From Mytilus edulis (taxonomy: Eukaryota), in NCBI RefSeq assembly GCF_963676685.1, contig NC_092347.1, positions 66,402,001 through 66,466,000 on the forward strand: a stretch of 64,000 nt of DNA, in the 5' to 3' direction. The position numbers were made by a program, and so were the translations under genes. The notes under the pieces were generated by a model. It was given only the letters and a program-made list of their open reading frames with translations. It was not told the DNA's origin and did no database searches. Of the stretch, positions 54,501-64,000 are shown one piece after another (position 1 is the stretch's first letter; every line of letters begins with the position of its first letter).

Positions 54501-56214
54501 ATTCCCGTTATTAAGGTCATTACCCTTCAAATCTTTTATTTATTAGAAATTCTTTTGATTATCTATTTTACCGAAAAAACTTTTATAAATAACACGAGAC
54601 TATTTATAATGTCCTTCAATTAATGTCTGTTACATTGTTCGCTGTGAAATTATAAGCAAACTGTAGGTACTTCAGACGATCAAAGGCTTTACATTGGAGA
54701 AACAATGTAGATTACAAATTTACACATATACAAATAACGAACAAATGTTTGAACATTATTTAATGATATATACAAGTCGGTTTTTGTAAATGAATATGTT
54801 ACTATGGAAATTAATGTCTGAAGAAATAAAAAAAAAAGGCAAAAAAAAAAAAAAAATGAAGCTGAAACTACTAAAGTTATAATGAATGATAGACGTCAAA
54901 ATAAATAACGTGTTATATTTCACTGTGTGCATGCATGCACGTGCTGGCCGTTTGCAGCTTTACGAAGACCTTTAAACTTACAGCGTCCAAAGCCCTTTAA
55001 AATCTTGATTTACCTTCATCAGGAATTTGTTAACCTCCAAATGTGGAAGCCATTGCAAAAACAATGTTAGCAAAAACATATGTTGTGTTGACAGTTTCGC
55101 ACACCAAAAATAAAATCGCAACAATAAAACTAATAAATATATGCAACAAACGTTTTGCAGAATAATTTGCATTGAAAATAGCGAGACCTCAAAAGGAAAA
55201 AAAATATGACTGAAACAGACATAATCAGATAAAAAAAAAGCCCTGAAAGTAACAATGTAAAACAATTCAAACGAGACAACTATCGACATAAAATCATAAT
55301 TGCAATGTAAAGTCTTATATAAATCAGTAAAAGCCCAAACAAATACCAACCACAAAAAAAAAAGAATAGAAATGGAAAACAGCAACGTTTCAGTTAACAG
55401 TCTTATGACATAGATTCCAGTATGGAGATTTTTGTTATTCAGTTTCTTTATAGCTTTTCGTCACGGTCTTTTCGTCGTTGAAGCGTGACAAAAGTAAATG
55501 TACCATTGTGTATGTAAAGGAAGTATAGTATTGTTTTATTTCTAATAAAGCTGGCGTCAAATATGAGACAATTTATCGACTCCTTGTCTTCTTTCTGTAA
55601 TGTAGGTCTTTTATACACACATACATATATATACATATATATATATATACGTTTTACACATTTTTAAGGAAGAAAACTTAAAACTTGAGCTTTTCATTAT
55701 GAGCATTTATTCTATTGAGTCTTTTTTCGACGGCACAATTTCTTCCTCGGTTGGTCTCCAATGACGTTAGCATGTTAAGATAAATTCTCTTAATTAACCT
55801 TTATAAAATCTGATTAGGATAGTTTTTGTAAAAAAAATGTCACAGTTATTGAATATCTAATTATTTTGAAAACAATTTAAAGGTAGCATGGAAGTATAGT
55901 AAAGCAAACAGTGGGCGTACGGAAACAAAAACACAATAAATTATGGTGATGACATTACATAATTTTAAGTTGTATAACTGTTAATGTTAAATGATACATT
56001 GAATATTGATTCCTTTAACTATAAAAGTATTACTTTCATAGTATGGTGCGTGATATCGAATTACCATGAGAGATTATAGATACAAATATCTTTGGTAGGT
56101 CTCCCGAGACCCTCGTTTCTATAGTGTTTATTCCGATAAACACTACGTCAATTGATGTTTTGACTATGTGTTATTATGTTATTCTGCATGTACACACCCC
56201 ATAAACAACTATCG

Positions 56215-57435
56215 AAACTGCAAAATGCAATTAGCAACACAGATCAAAATGTGTTGTCAACTGTAAAATCCTTTGTATTGCAATGGAAACCGGAAATGCA
56301 GAAAAAAGCTAAGTCTGTAATCGACTGTTGCAAAATCCATCGTGTAACAATGACAATCGGATCTGCAGGGAAAAAAATAAATATGCTGTCAACTGTTGCA
56401 AAATCCATTGTGTCGCAATAACAACCGGAACTGAAGATAAGAATCAAAATGTTATCAAATGTTGCAAAATTCAGTGTATTGCAATGGCTTTCGAAACTTC
56501 AGACAACAATAAATATGCTGTCAACTGTTGCTAAAATATTGTTTGTATTGATCTGACATGTGAACTGCATACACAAATAAACAAGATTACAATGATTATT
56601 GGCACTGCAGACAATAAGAAATATTTTGCAAACTGTTCATTGTATTGCAATGGCTAGCGGGACTTCAGACACAAACTCAATATGCTGCCAACTGTGGCAT
56701 TTTTTTTGTTTTGCAATGGCAATCGGGACTGCAAACAAAAATAAATTTGTTGTCAACTGTCGCAACTTTCATTTGTATCGAAATGACATGCAAACTGCAA
56801 TAAAAATAAATGATTTAAACTGCTGAAAAATCCATTGTATTACAATGATTATTGGGACTGCAGACAACAATAAATATGTTGCCAACTGTTGCAAAATTCG
56901 TTGTGTTACAATGGCTATCGGGACTGCAAACAAAAATAGATATGCTGCCAACTGTTGCAAAATTCGTTGTGTTGCAATGGCTATCGGGACTGCAAACAAA
57001 AATACCTATGCTGTCAACTGTTGCAAAATTCGTTGTGTTGCAATGGCTATCGGGACTGCAAACAAAAATACCTATGCTGTCAACTGTTGCAAAATTCGTT
57101 GTGTTGCAATGGCTATCGGGACTGCAAACAAAAATACCTATGTTGTCAACTGTTGCAAAATGTGTTGTATTGCAATGGCTATCGGGACTGCAAACAAACA
57201 TAGATATGCTGCCAACTGTTGCAAAATTCGTTGTGTTGCAATGGCTAATGGGACTGCAAACACAAATAAATGTGTTGTCAATTGTTGCAAAATGTGTTTT
57301 ATTGCAATTGCTATCGGGACTGCAAACAAAAATACATATGCTGTCAACGGTTCAGAATTATTTTTTTGGCAATGACAATCGGGACTTCAAACAAAAATAA
57401 ATGTGTTATCAACTGGTGCAAAATTATTGCTGTAA
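56215..57435. repeat. 63/66-bp minisatellite
   Basis: Unit GCAATGGCTATCGGGACTGCAAACAAAAATACCTATGCTGTCAACTGTTGCAAAATTCGTTGTGTT, e.g. 57001 and 57067. Nearly perfect at 56880-57330, degenerate at the edges. Confidence 0.9.
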
Positions 57436-57807
57436 ACGATAGAAAAAACATGTATGAATTGATGATATTCTTTGTACTAATTGGTAGGAATTAATCCTTG
57501 AGGAAATGACATAATTCTTATATTTTACATTTATATCTATTGTATTTTGGGGTATGAGAGTTCTCGAAGAAGGTCAATCCAAAGATGCATTACGGACGCA
57601 CCAAATTTACAAAACGTTAGCTTCATTTACATTACCCATGATTACATTGTTAATTTCTCTATTATTGCAGCAACACAAAAAAACAAATGTATTATGTTAT
57701 GTTATACATAAATGTACTCTTACGATTAATTACTTATAGAACATTAACCTTTATAAAATGCGTGGTACATGCACTTAAGTTTTTCAGCAATACATGGTTT
57801 ATTTCTG

Positions 57808-57957
57808 TTTTTATTACATTAAATACCTCACCTTCATAAATTTAGATATCAGTCCACTCGCTGCATTATTCAACCGGAAACCAGCCAGAAAAAGAAACCA
57901 TGACCCCGTGACAACCTCTCCCACCTGACACCTGTGTGTCCTAAACCTTCATCATTT
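57808..57957 (+). repeat. DIRS left inverted terminal repeat
   Basis: 57818-57957 is the reverse complement of 63074-63212 apart from one indel. Confidence 0.95.
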
Positions 57958-58129
57958 TTTCCGGTTCTACAACGCATGCTGCACGTTTTTTTGTGGAGGA
58001 GGAAAAAGTTTATTTTTTCACAAACAGTTTAACAAGTTGATAATTTATATATTTAGTAATTTATATTGATATTTTTGTTTAAAATTATAGTATATTTGGA
58101 TAATTTTATATTAATTTTATCTGAATATT

Positions 58130-59887
58130 ATGGATAAAATTCCAGCTTCAGGTACCCAAGAGGTAAGTGACAGTCAAATTCACACATCCAATGGTAATTT
58201 GTTGTCCCCTTGGCGTTCGGCCACCCATTCAGATGAATTTTGGGATAGAAGTTTGGAGTTTATTCCAGGTGTTTCTGGTGTCGGTCTGGAACAGGACTCG
58301 GAACCTGTTCCTGTCAGGACTTTGCCTTTCACTCCTGGTGCTAGTCAGTTGAGGTTATCTAGGCCTAGCAGGGTATCACATACCGTAACTAGGCCTGCAG
58401 AGATACCAACGTCTCCTGTGGCTTGCACGACAAGCAGGCAGGAGACACTACCAGCTGGCATCAGGAGTGACCCCTTTTCTCGGACTAGGTGGCCCATGAA
58501 TTTTGCATACCCTCCCATGCCTATGGGAATGCCCAACTTGCCGCCTTATCCCCAGCCTTTTGATCCTTATTCGGCTCAATCAGTTTGGTCTGGTCAGGGG
58601 TTTGGTGGTAGATCCTCTTCAGAGTCATCCTCCTTTAAGGATGAGATGAGGACTCTTACCACCTCCATTCACAAGATACAAGCTACTGTTAATGCTAAGT
58701 TTTTGGAATTTGGTAACAGGCTTGATCTTATGGAGTCTAGGGGTCTGTCTCAGGATCCTGCACAGGATCCTCCCAGACCTCCTAGACAGTTGTTGGAAGA
58801 CGACTCAGTTTCTTTGGCCCCTAGAAGTCAGGAAGGTAACTTTTTGGAGGACCAAGATGGTATTTCTGATGTTGATAGTGTAGTAAGCACAGAGGGAGAT
58901 GCTTTCGTTCCTAAGGATCCTGCTTCAGGCAACCCAGAATGCCTTAGGAGTCTGGTCTATTCTATTCGTAGGAATATGTCGGATATGCCCATGTCGTCTC
59001 CACCTAGGGTTTCTTCTACTCCTTCAGATTTCATGGCTTGCTCAGGTATAGTCAAGCCAGAGTCTAAGGGGTATTATTCTTTTCCAGAGTCTGGGCACTT
59101 TACAACTGCTTTGTCTTTTGTAAACTCTTCTCTGGCTGAGAATCTTGCTAACACTAGCAAAACTGGTGGTAGTAAGTTCTCTGGTTTCGGACCTGCCTCT
59201 TACCCAGGGAGATGTAGATCTAAGGACTTTGAGATCCATGGATCTTCCTTGGGTATGTCGGCTCCTGCTTGTGACCGGGCTTTTTCTAGTTTGCTTGGTT
59301 CGAAACCTTTGGATGGCCTCAGACTTTCTCAAGCTTCTTATGTCAAGTCAGAGAATAATCTGAGGTGTTTGACTTTTGTTCTTGAGACAGCTGAGCACTT
59401 TTTGTCAGCAGCTGGGTCTCTGTTAAAGGACAAAGGGGAGGAATTTTCAGATTTGAGGTCTATGCTGCTTCAGGTAGACAAGAGTCTTGGAATGTCTCAA
59501 TTCCTTCTTCTTGGTACTGTGGCCAACTTTACTCTTGCTAAGAGACAGGAGATTCTTGAAAAATTAACTGTCTCTGAAGCTTTTCAGCAGAGACTTGTCA
59601 GTTCTCCTTTGTCTAAGGACAAGTTGTTCTCTGTTTCCTTAGAGCAGTTACAGGAGGAGGTGAATAAGGCCCCTCCTGTAGTCAAGGTGGATGTGAAGGT
59701 CACTGATGGGAAAAGATTTGTCAAAACTACTCAGATGAATAATCCATCTTCTTCGTCTTCTCATCAACCCAAGGCTTCTACCTCTTCTTCTTCTTCACAG
59801 TCTACGAAGAGGCCAGCTTTTTCTCGTCCCAACTTTTCAAGTGGGAAGAAAGCTAAAGTGGTTAAGGGAAAGAAGCAGGGTAAGTGA
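58130..59887 (+). CDS. DIRS ORF1, Gag-like protein (585 aa)
   Basis: Position before pol. Low-complexity N-terminus, predicted coiled coil (KDEMRTL...LDLME), helical region with a TLAKRQEIL...SSPLSKDKLF motif resembling DIRS Gag, and a basic C-terminal tail. Confidence 0.8.
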   Translation: MDKIPASGTQEVSDSQIHTSNGNLLSPWRSATHSDEFWDRSLEFIPGVSGVGLEQDSEPVPVRTLPFTPGASQLRLSRPSRVSHTVTRPAEIPTSPVACTTSRQETLPAGIRSDPFSRTRWPMNFAYPPMPMGMPNLPPYPQPFDPYSAQSVWSGQGFGGRSSSESSSFKDEMRTLTTSIHKIQATVNAKFLEFGNRLDLMESRGLSQDPAQDPPRPPRQLLEDDSVSLAPRSQEGNFLEDQDGISDVDSVVSTEGDAFVPKDPASGNPECLRSLVYSIRRNMSDMPMSSPPRVSSTPSDFMACSGIVKPESKGYYSFPESGHFTTALSFVNSSLAENLANTSKTGGSKFSGFGPASYPGRCRSKDFEIHGSSLGMSAPACDRAFSSLLGSKPLDGLRLSQASYVKSENNLRCLTFVLETAEHFLSAAGSLLKDKGEEFSDLRSMLLQVDKSLGMSQFLLLGTVANFTLAKRQEILEKLTVSEAFQQRLVSSPLSKDKLFSVSLEQLQEEVNKAPPVVKVDVKVTDGKRFVKTTQMNNPSSSSSHQPKASTSSSSSQSTKRPAFSRPNFSSGKKAKVVKGKKQGK

Positions 59888-62000
59888 TGTGTTGTCCCCT
59901 CCGTTGAATCGTTCCCCACTGGAAGAGGAAAATTATACTTCTCCTCTTCCTCATCTTCCAGTGGGGGGCAGGCTGTCCCACTTTCTAGATCAATGGGCTC
60001 TGATAACTTCAGACAAGTGGGTACTTTCGATTTTACGGAGGGGATTGGAACTTCAGTTTCTGGAACAGCCTCCTCTTTCTCCTGTTCCAATCAATCTGTC
60101 AGTGACAAAGGATTCTCAAAAGAATCAGTTGTTACAAAACGAAGTGAACATTCTGATTCAGAAGGGTGTTTTGGAGGAGGTAAATCCTCCTTTTCATCTA
60201 GGGTTTTATTCCCGGCTGTTCTTGGTACCCAAGAAGAATGGGAAAATGAGACCGGTTCTAGATCTTTCTGTTCTCAATCAGTATCTGGTGGTCCCACATT
60301 TCAAAATGGAGACCAACAGGTCTATCAGGTCGACAATTCATTTAGGAACTTGGACAACCTCTCTAGATTTGATGGACGCCTATTTTCACATCCCTATTTC
60401 TCACAAGTTTCGTCATTTCCTGAGACTGGTGTGGGCAGACAAGGTTTACAGTTTCAAGGCTATGCCTTTTGGCCTGGCTATTGCACCCCTAGTTTTTACC
60501 AGGATTTTTCAGACGGTGGTGTCGTATCTTCATACTCGGGCAGTTCTCATTCATTCCTACCTAGACGATTCTCTCATCAAGAATCATTGCCGTTCTCTTT
60601 TGGAGGAACACACCAATTTGTCTATCCTTTTACTCCTGAGACTGGGTTTTTTGATTTCATGGGAAAAATCAGAGATAATTCCCAGTCAGAGTTTCAATTT
60701 CCTGGGAGAACATTTTCGGACAGATTTGGGTCTAGTGCTTCCTCCAGAAGAGAAGGTAGTCAAGGTATGTCAGTTAGTCAATGCTCTGACTCAGTTTTCA
60801 TCTGTCCCAGCTCGTCAATTGCTTCAGCTGGTGGGTTTCTTGATTTCGATCATGGACGTCATTCCACTAGGACGTCTACACATTCGTCCAATCCAGTGGT
60901 ATCTGATGGAGTTTTGGCATCCAATTTCTCAGTTGTGGGAGGCACCTGTTCCCATCCTTCCTCGGTTGTTACCTCATCTTCAATGGTGGCTTCAGGAAAA
61001 ACATCTTCGGAAGGGAGTTTTGTTGGATCCTCCAGACCCCAGCCTAACTTTGTTCACAGATGCGAGTCTGATGGGTTGGGGAGCTTATCTGGAGGGCAGG
61101 ACAGCATCAGGTCTTTGGTCAGGTGCTCAGTTGGAGGAACACATCAATCTTCTAGAGATGAAAGCTGTGTTTCTTTCTCTCCGTCAGTTTCAGGCTGTGA
61201 TTCAGGGTCAGTCACTACTGGTTGCCACGGACAACTCCACAGTAGTGGCTTATCTTCAGAATCAAGGAGGGACCCATTCCTTTTCTCTGTATCATCTGAG
61301 CAAGGAAATTCTTCTTCTGTGTCACAGTCTCAATATTTTTCTGTCAGTGAGACATGTTCCAGGCAGTCAAAATCTTCTGGCGGATGCTCTCTCCCGTTCC
61401 CGTGTTCCAGTGAACACAGAATGGGAAATTCATCCATCAGTGTTTCAGGAGATCATTCTTCGTTGGGATCGTCCTCATATAGATCTTTTTGCCACCAGTC
61501 TGAATCACAAATTGGAGACTTACGTTTCTCCCATTCCAGACGAGAAAGCTTGGGCAGTAGATGCTATGACCCTATCTTGGAAGGGAATGTTCAGTTACAT
61601 GTTCCCTCCTTTTCGTCTTCTTCCAAAGATCTTGCACAAGATTCAGAGGGATCTTTGCAAGACCATTCTTATTGCTCCGGCTTGGTCAAGACAGTCTTGG
61701 TTCCCAGAACTACTACTTCTGTGTTGTGCGAAGCCCCTTTGTTTGCCTCTAAGAGAGGATCTACTGTCTCAATTCAAAGGAAGAAAACTGCATCAAGGTC
61801 TGGAGAATCTCCATCTGCACGCTTGGTTGTTGTCAGGGATTCCCTCAGAAAGGGAGGCTTTTCTGAGGGAGCAACCAAGCGTATCTCAGGATCAGTCAGA
61901 CAATCTACAGGAGCAGTTTATGACTCCAAATGGTCTATCTTCTGTACTTGGTGTCTGTCGAAGCAGATTAATCCACTCTCTGTCACTGTACAACAGTTAG
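59841..62000 (+). CDS. DIRS ORF2: reverse transcriptase - RNase H - adenine methyltransferase-like domain (true start uncertain, no upstream ATG)
   Basis: VGGRL; FYSRLFLVPKK; SLDLMDAYFHIPI; MPFGL; YLDD (60558-60569). RNase H LFTDAS/HINLLE/DNSTVV/NLLADALSR. MT-like IDLFA...YMFPPF...IAPAW. Confidence 0.95.
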   Translation: MGRKLKWLRERSRVSDVLSPPLNRSPLEEENYTSPLPHLPVGGRLSHFLDQWALITSDKWVLSILRRGLELQFLEQPPLSPVPINLSVTKDSQKNQLLQNEVNILIQKGVLEEVNPPFHLGFYSRLFLVPKKNGKMRPVLDLSVLNQYLVVPHFKMETNRSIRSTIHLGTWTTSLDLMDAYFHIPISHKFRHFLRLVWADKVYSFKAMPFGLAIAPLVFTRIFQTVVSYLHTRAVLIHSYLDDSLIKNHCRSLLEEHTNLSILLLLRLGFLISWEKSEIIPSQSFNFLGEHFRTDLGLVLPPEEKVVKVCQLVNALTQFSSVPARQLLQLVGFLISIMDVIPLGRLHIRPIQWYLMEFWHPISQLWEAPVPILPRLLPHLQWWLQEKHLRKGVLLDPPDPSLTLFTDASLMGWGAYLEGRTASGLWSGAQLEEHINLLEMKAVFLSLRQFQAVIQGQSLLVATDNSTVVAYLQNQGGTHSFSLYHLSKEILLLCHSLNIFLSVRHVPGSQNLLADALSRSRVPVNTEWEIHPSVFQEIILRWDRPHIDLFATSLNHKLETYVSPIPDEKAWAVDAMTLSWKGMFSYMFPPFRLLPKILHKIQRDLCKTILIAPAWSRQSWFPELLLLCCAKPLCLPLREDLLSQFKGRKLHQGLENLHLHAWLLSGIPSEREAFLREQPSVSQDQSDNLQEQFMTPNGLSSVLGVCRSRLIHSLSLYNS

Positions 62001-62911
62001 CGGATTTCTTCCTTTACCTTTTTGAGGAGAAAGGTTATTCTCCTTCTACTATAAAGGGATATAGATCTGCCATAGCCAGAACAATATCACTTTCAGGAGG
62101 CTCTGATTTTGGGGATAATGAGTTTTTGTCATTATTGATAAAAAACTTTTGCCTTAATAGACCTCGTCAAAGGCGTTTGGTTCCTTCTTGGGACTTAGGT
62201 TTAGTTTTGAAGGTTCTTCAGTTTTCACCTTTTGAACCTTTACATTCAGCCTCCTTCAAATTTTTATCTTATAAATGTTGTTTTCTGATAGCTTTGGCTA
62301 CTGGTCGCAGAAGGAGTGAGATTCATGCTCTGTCAATTTCTGAGTCTTGTCTCCGCTTTGCATCTGATAAGTCTTCAGTTACTCTTCTCACTGATCCATC
62401 TTTTTTAGCAAAGAACCAGTTACCTGATAAAGGTTCTGGTATTATTACTATTCCTGCTTTACCTCCCACATCGGATAATCAGGTTTTGTGTCCAGTGAGA
62501 GCCTTGCTTGTTTACCTAGCTTCTTCAGCGAAATTAAGATCTGCTGGTTCTTCTAGGTTGTTTATTCCTATTAAAAAAGGAATTTCTGACATTTCTGCCA
62601 AAACCATTTCTACTTGGATTTGCAATACTGTCATTTTGGCCTATAAATCTGCTTCTTCTGAAGTTTTAGTTAAACATCAAGTTAAAGCACATGAAGTAAG
62701 AGCCTTAGCCTCTTCTTGGAACATTTTTAATTCCTCCTCTATGTCGGAAATCATGTCAGCTGGTTTTTGGAGGTCTGATAGTGCCTTTTATAACCATTAT
62801 TTACGGTCCATGCCTCTTCATTGTGACAACCTCTATTCTTTAGGGCCTTTGGTTGCTGCTCAACAGGTTGTTTTTCCTCCTCCTAGTGATGGGGATTCAG
62901 CCCTTCGTTAA
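59993..62911 (+). CDS. DIRS ORF3: tyrosine recombinase with long Ser-rich N-terminal extension overlapping ORF2
   Basis: C-terminal ~350 aa has a core-binding domain (YSPSTIKGYRSAI) and the catalytic residues ALATGRRRSEI (R), AKNQ (K), AHEVR (HxxR), GFW and FYNHYL (Y). Confidence 0.92.
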   Translation: MGSDNFRQVGTFDFTEGIGTSVSGTASSFSCSNQSVSDKGFSKESVVTKRSEHSDSEGCFGGGKSSFSSRVLFPAVLGTQEEWENETGSRSFCSQSVSGGPTFQNGDQQVYQVDNSFRNLDNLSRFDGRLFSHPYFSQVSSFPETGVGRQGLQFQGYAFWPGYCTPSFYQDFSDGGVVSSYSGSSHSFLPRRFSHQESLPFSFGGTHQFVYPFTPETGFFDFMGKIRDNSQSEFQFPGRTFSDRFGSSASSRREGSQGMSVSQCSDSVFICPSSSIASAGGFLDFDHGRHSTRTSTHSSNPVVSDGVLASNFSVVGGTCSHPSSVVTSSSMVASGKTSSEGSFVGSSRPQPNFVHRCESDGLGSLSGGQDSIRSLVRCSVGGTHQSSRDESCVSFSPSVSGCDSGSVTTGCHGQLHSSGLSSESRRDPFLFSVSSEQGNSSSVSQSQYFSVSETCSRQSKSSGGCSLPFPCSSEHRMGNSSISVSGDHSSLGSSSYRSFCHQSESQIGDLRFSHSRRESLGSRCYDPILEGNVQLHVPSFSSSSKDLAQDSEGSLQDHSYCSGLVKTVLVPRTTTSVLCEAPLFASKRGSTVSIQRKKTASRSGESPSARLVVVRDSLRKGGFSEGATKRISGSVRQSTGAVYDSKWSIFCTWCLSKQINPLSVTVQQLADFFLYLFEEKGYSPSTIKGYRSAIARTISLSGGSDFGDNEFLSLLIKNFCLNRPRQRRLVPSWDLGLVLKVLQFSPFEPLHSASFKFLSYKCCFLIALATGRRRSEIHALSISESCLRFASDKSSVTLLTDPSFLAKNQLPDKGSGIITIPALPPTSDNQVLCPVRALLVYLASSAKLRSAGSSRLFIPIKKGISDISAKTISTWICNTVILAYKSASSEVLVKHQVKAHEVRALASSWNIFNSSSMSEIMSAGFWRSDSAFYNHYLRSMPLHCDNLYSLGPLVAAQQVVFPPPSDGDSALR

Positions 62912-62918
62912 ATTCTGT

Positions 62919-63015
62919 TATCTAAATTTATGAAGGTGAGGTATTTAATGTAATAAAAATTAAATTTTTAGAATTAAAATTTAGTTTTGTAAATTAAATA
63001 CTCACCTTCATAAAT
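62919..63015 (+). promoter_or_regulatory. DIRS internal complementary region (ICR)
   Basis: 62919-62959 is the exact reverse complement of 57808-57848, and 62960-63015 of 63190-63245. Confidence 0.95.
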
Positions 63016-63073
63016 CAGAGGTCCCTCCCTCCTCCCCTTCATCCCCCTTTTAGTGCCTAGCATTTTAAGGAAT

Positions 63074-63245
63074 AAATGATGAAGGTTTAGGACACACAGG
63101 TGTCAGGTGGGAGAGGTTGTCACGGGGTCATGGTTTCTTTTTCTGGCTGGTTTCCGGTTGAATAATGCAGCGAGTGGACTGATATCTAAATTTATGAAGG
63201 TGAGTATTTAATTTACAAAACTAAATTTTAATTCTAAAAATTTAA
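63074..63245 (-). repeat. DIRS right ITR plus 3' extension
   Basis: 63074-63212 is inverted relative to the left ITR. The 63213-63245 extension is matched only by the ICR. Confidence 0.95.
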
Positions 63246-64000
63246 TATTAAGATTTCATGATTAGCGATTAGATGATATGTTGACTAAAAGGATGTAACG
63301 TATATAATTACTAGACTTCTAATCACGTGATTCTTGCCTCTATATATACTAATATACAAAATTTGTAACTGATGTTTCCGATTAATGTATTCGCGTCCAT
63401 TAACAATAGGTGATTGCTCAGTATTAACCTGTTGAGTCACTGTAGTATGTGTGATATATATCACCTCTGAAATCTTATTAATTGTACAGGGAACAACAAT
63501 TTTCTTTCTTCATTATGTTAAGTTTTGCTAAGTGGTGTTGCTATTTTACCTTGCCCTGTATTATAACTTTTGTCGATTTTTGATGTATTCCTTATGTTGC
63601 TTGTTCTAATATTTTCATTTTTCCAATATGATTTTTATAGGACGTCTTTAGGTTTAGCTAAAGTTGAAAAAATAATTCTTAAGGAATAATAATGAGTTCA
63701 TCTGAAATAGTTTGTTTGTAGCTGCATACGACCAAATCAGACGTGACACTAGTAGTTCCTAAATATACATGTACAGCTGAATCTCGTTATCATAGTATTC
63801 ATATTTTCTGAGCGTCAAATGTCTCTCCAAATTGATAGATTCGCATGAAATATGCTTACTGTATATCAAAATCATTTCATCGCAGATTTTTAATTAACCA
63901 TCCAATCAACTTTCGGAAAACGACAGTGAACTGTAGGTTTAAATGACTCGTATTTCTATTTCAAATTGACATTTGCGCTTAATGACTTTACTAGCATTTG

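Larger units (their letters stand above)
57808..63245 (+). mobile_element. Full-length DIRS1-type tyrosine-recombinase retrotransposon
   Basis: ITRs, ICR complementary to both outer termini, intact gag, RT-RNaseH-MT and YR ORFs, no TSD, visibly more GC-rich than the flanks. Confidence 0.97.

Noticed and set aside
58167-60090. Small alternative-frame and antisense ORFs inside the DIRS gag region
   Set aside because: Shadows of a more GC-rich coding region with no independent motifs.

Overview
AT-rich eukaryotic genomic DNA. The repeat families suggest a bivalve mollusc, probably Mytilus-like (inference). The window holds one intact five-exon host gene, a METTL27/WBSCR27-like SAM methyltransferase (9569-14617, 216 aa), followed by a decayed partial tandem duplicate (~18050-21235). 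At the far end is a complete, apparently young DIRS1-type tyrosine-recombinase retrotransposon (57808-63245) with ITRs, an internal complementary region and three intact ORFs (Gag; RT-RNase H-MT; YR). The rest is a patchwork of repeats: type I hammerhead-ribozyme (retrozyme-like) copies including a 351-bp-period tandem relic, 5'-truncated Penelope-like copies, Helentron-associated HINE-like elements, hairpin MITE-like elements, a tRNA-derived SINE and minisatellites. Most notable observations: (i) a GT-AG intron in the DIRS element that would remove the gag stop and fuse Gag in frame to the ATG-less RT ORF, plus a second donor that could make a recombinase mRNA; (ii) a 35-bp palindrome with the 17+17 bp geometry and TSD of a P-element-type excision footprint; (iii) an inverted duplication centred on a hairpin-bearing element at the window start.
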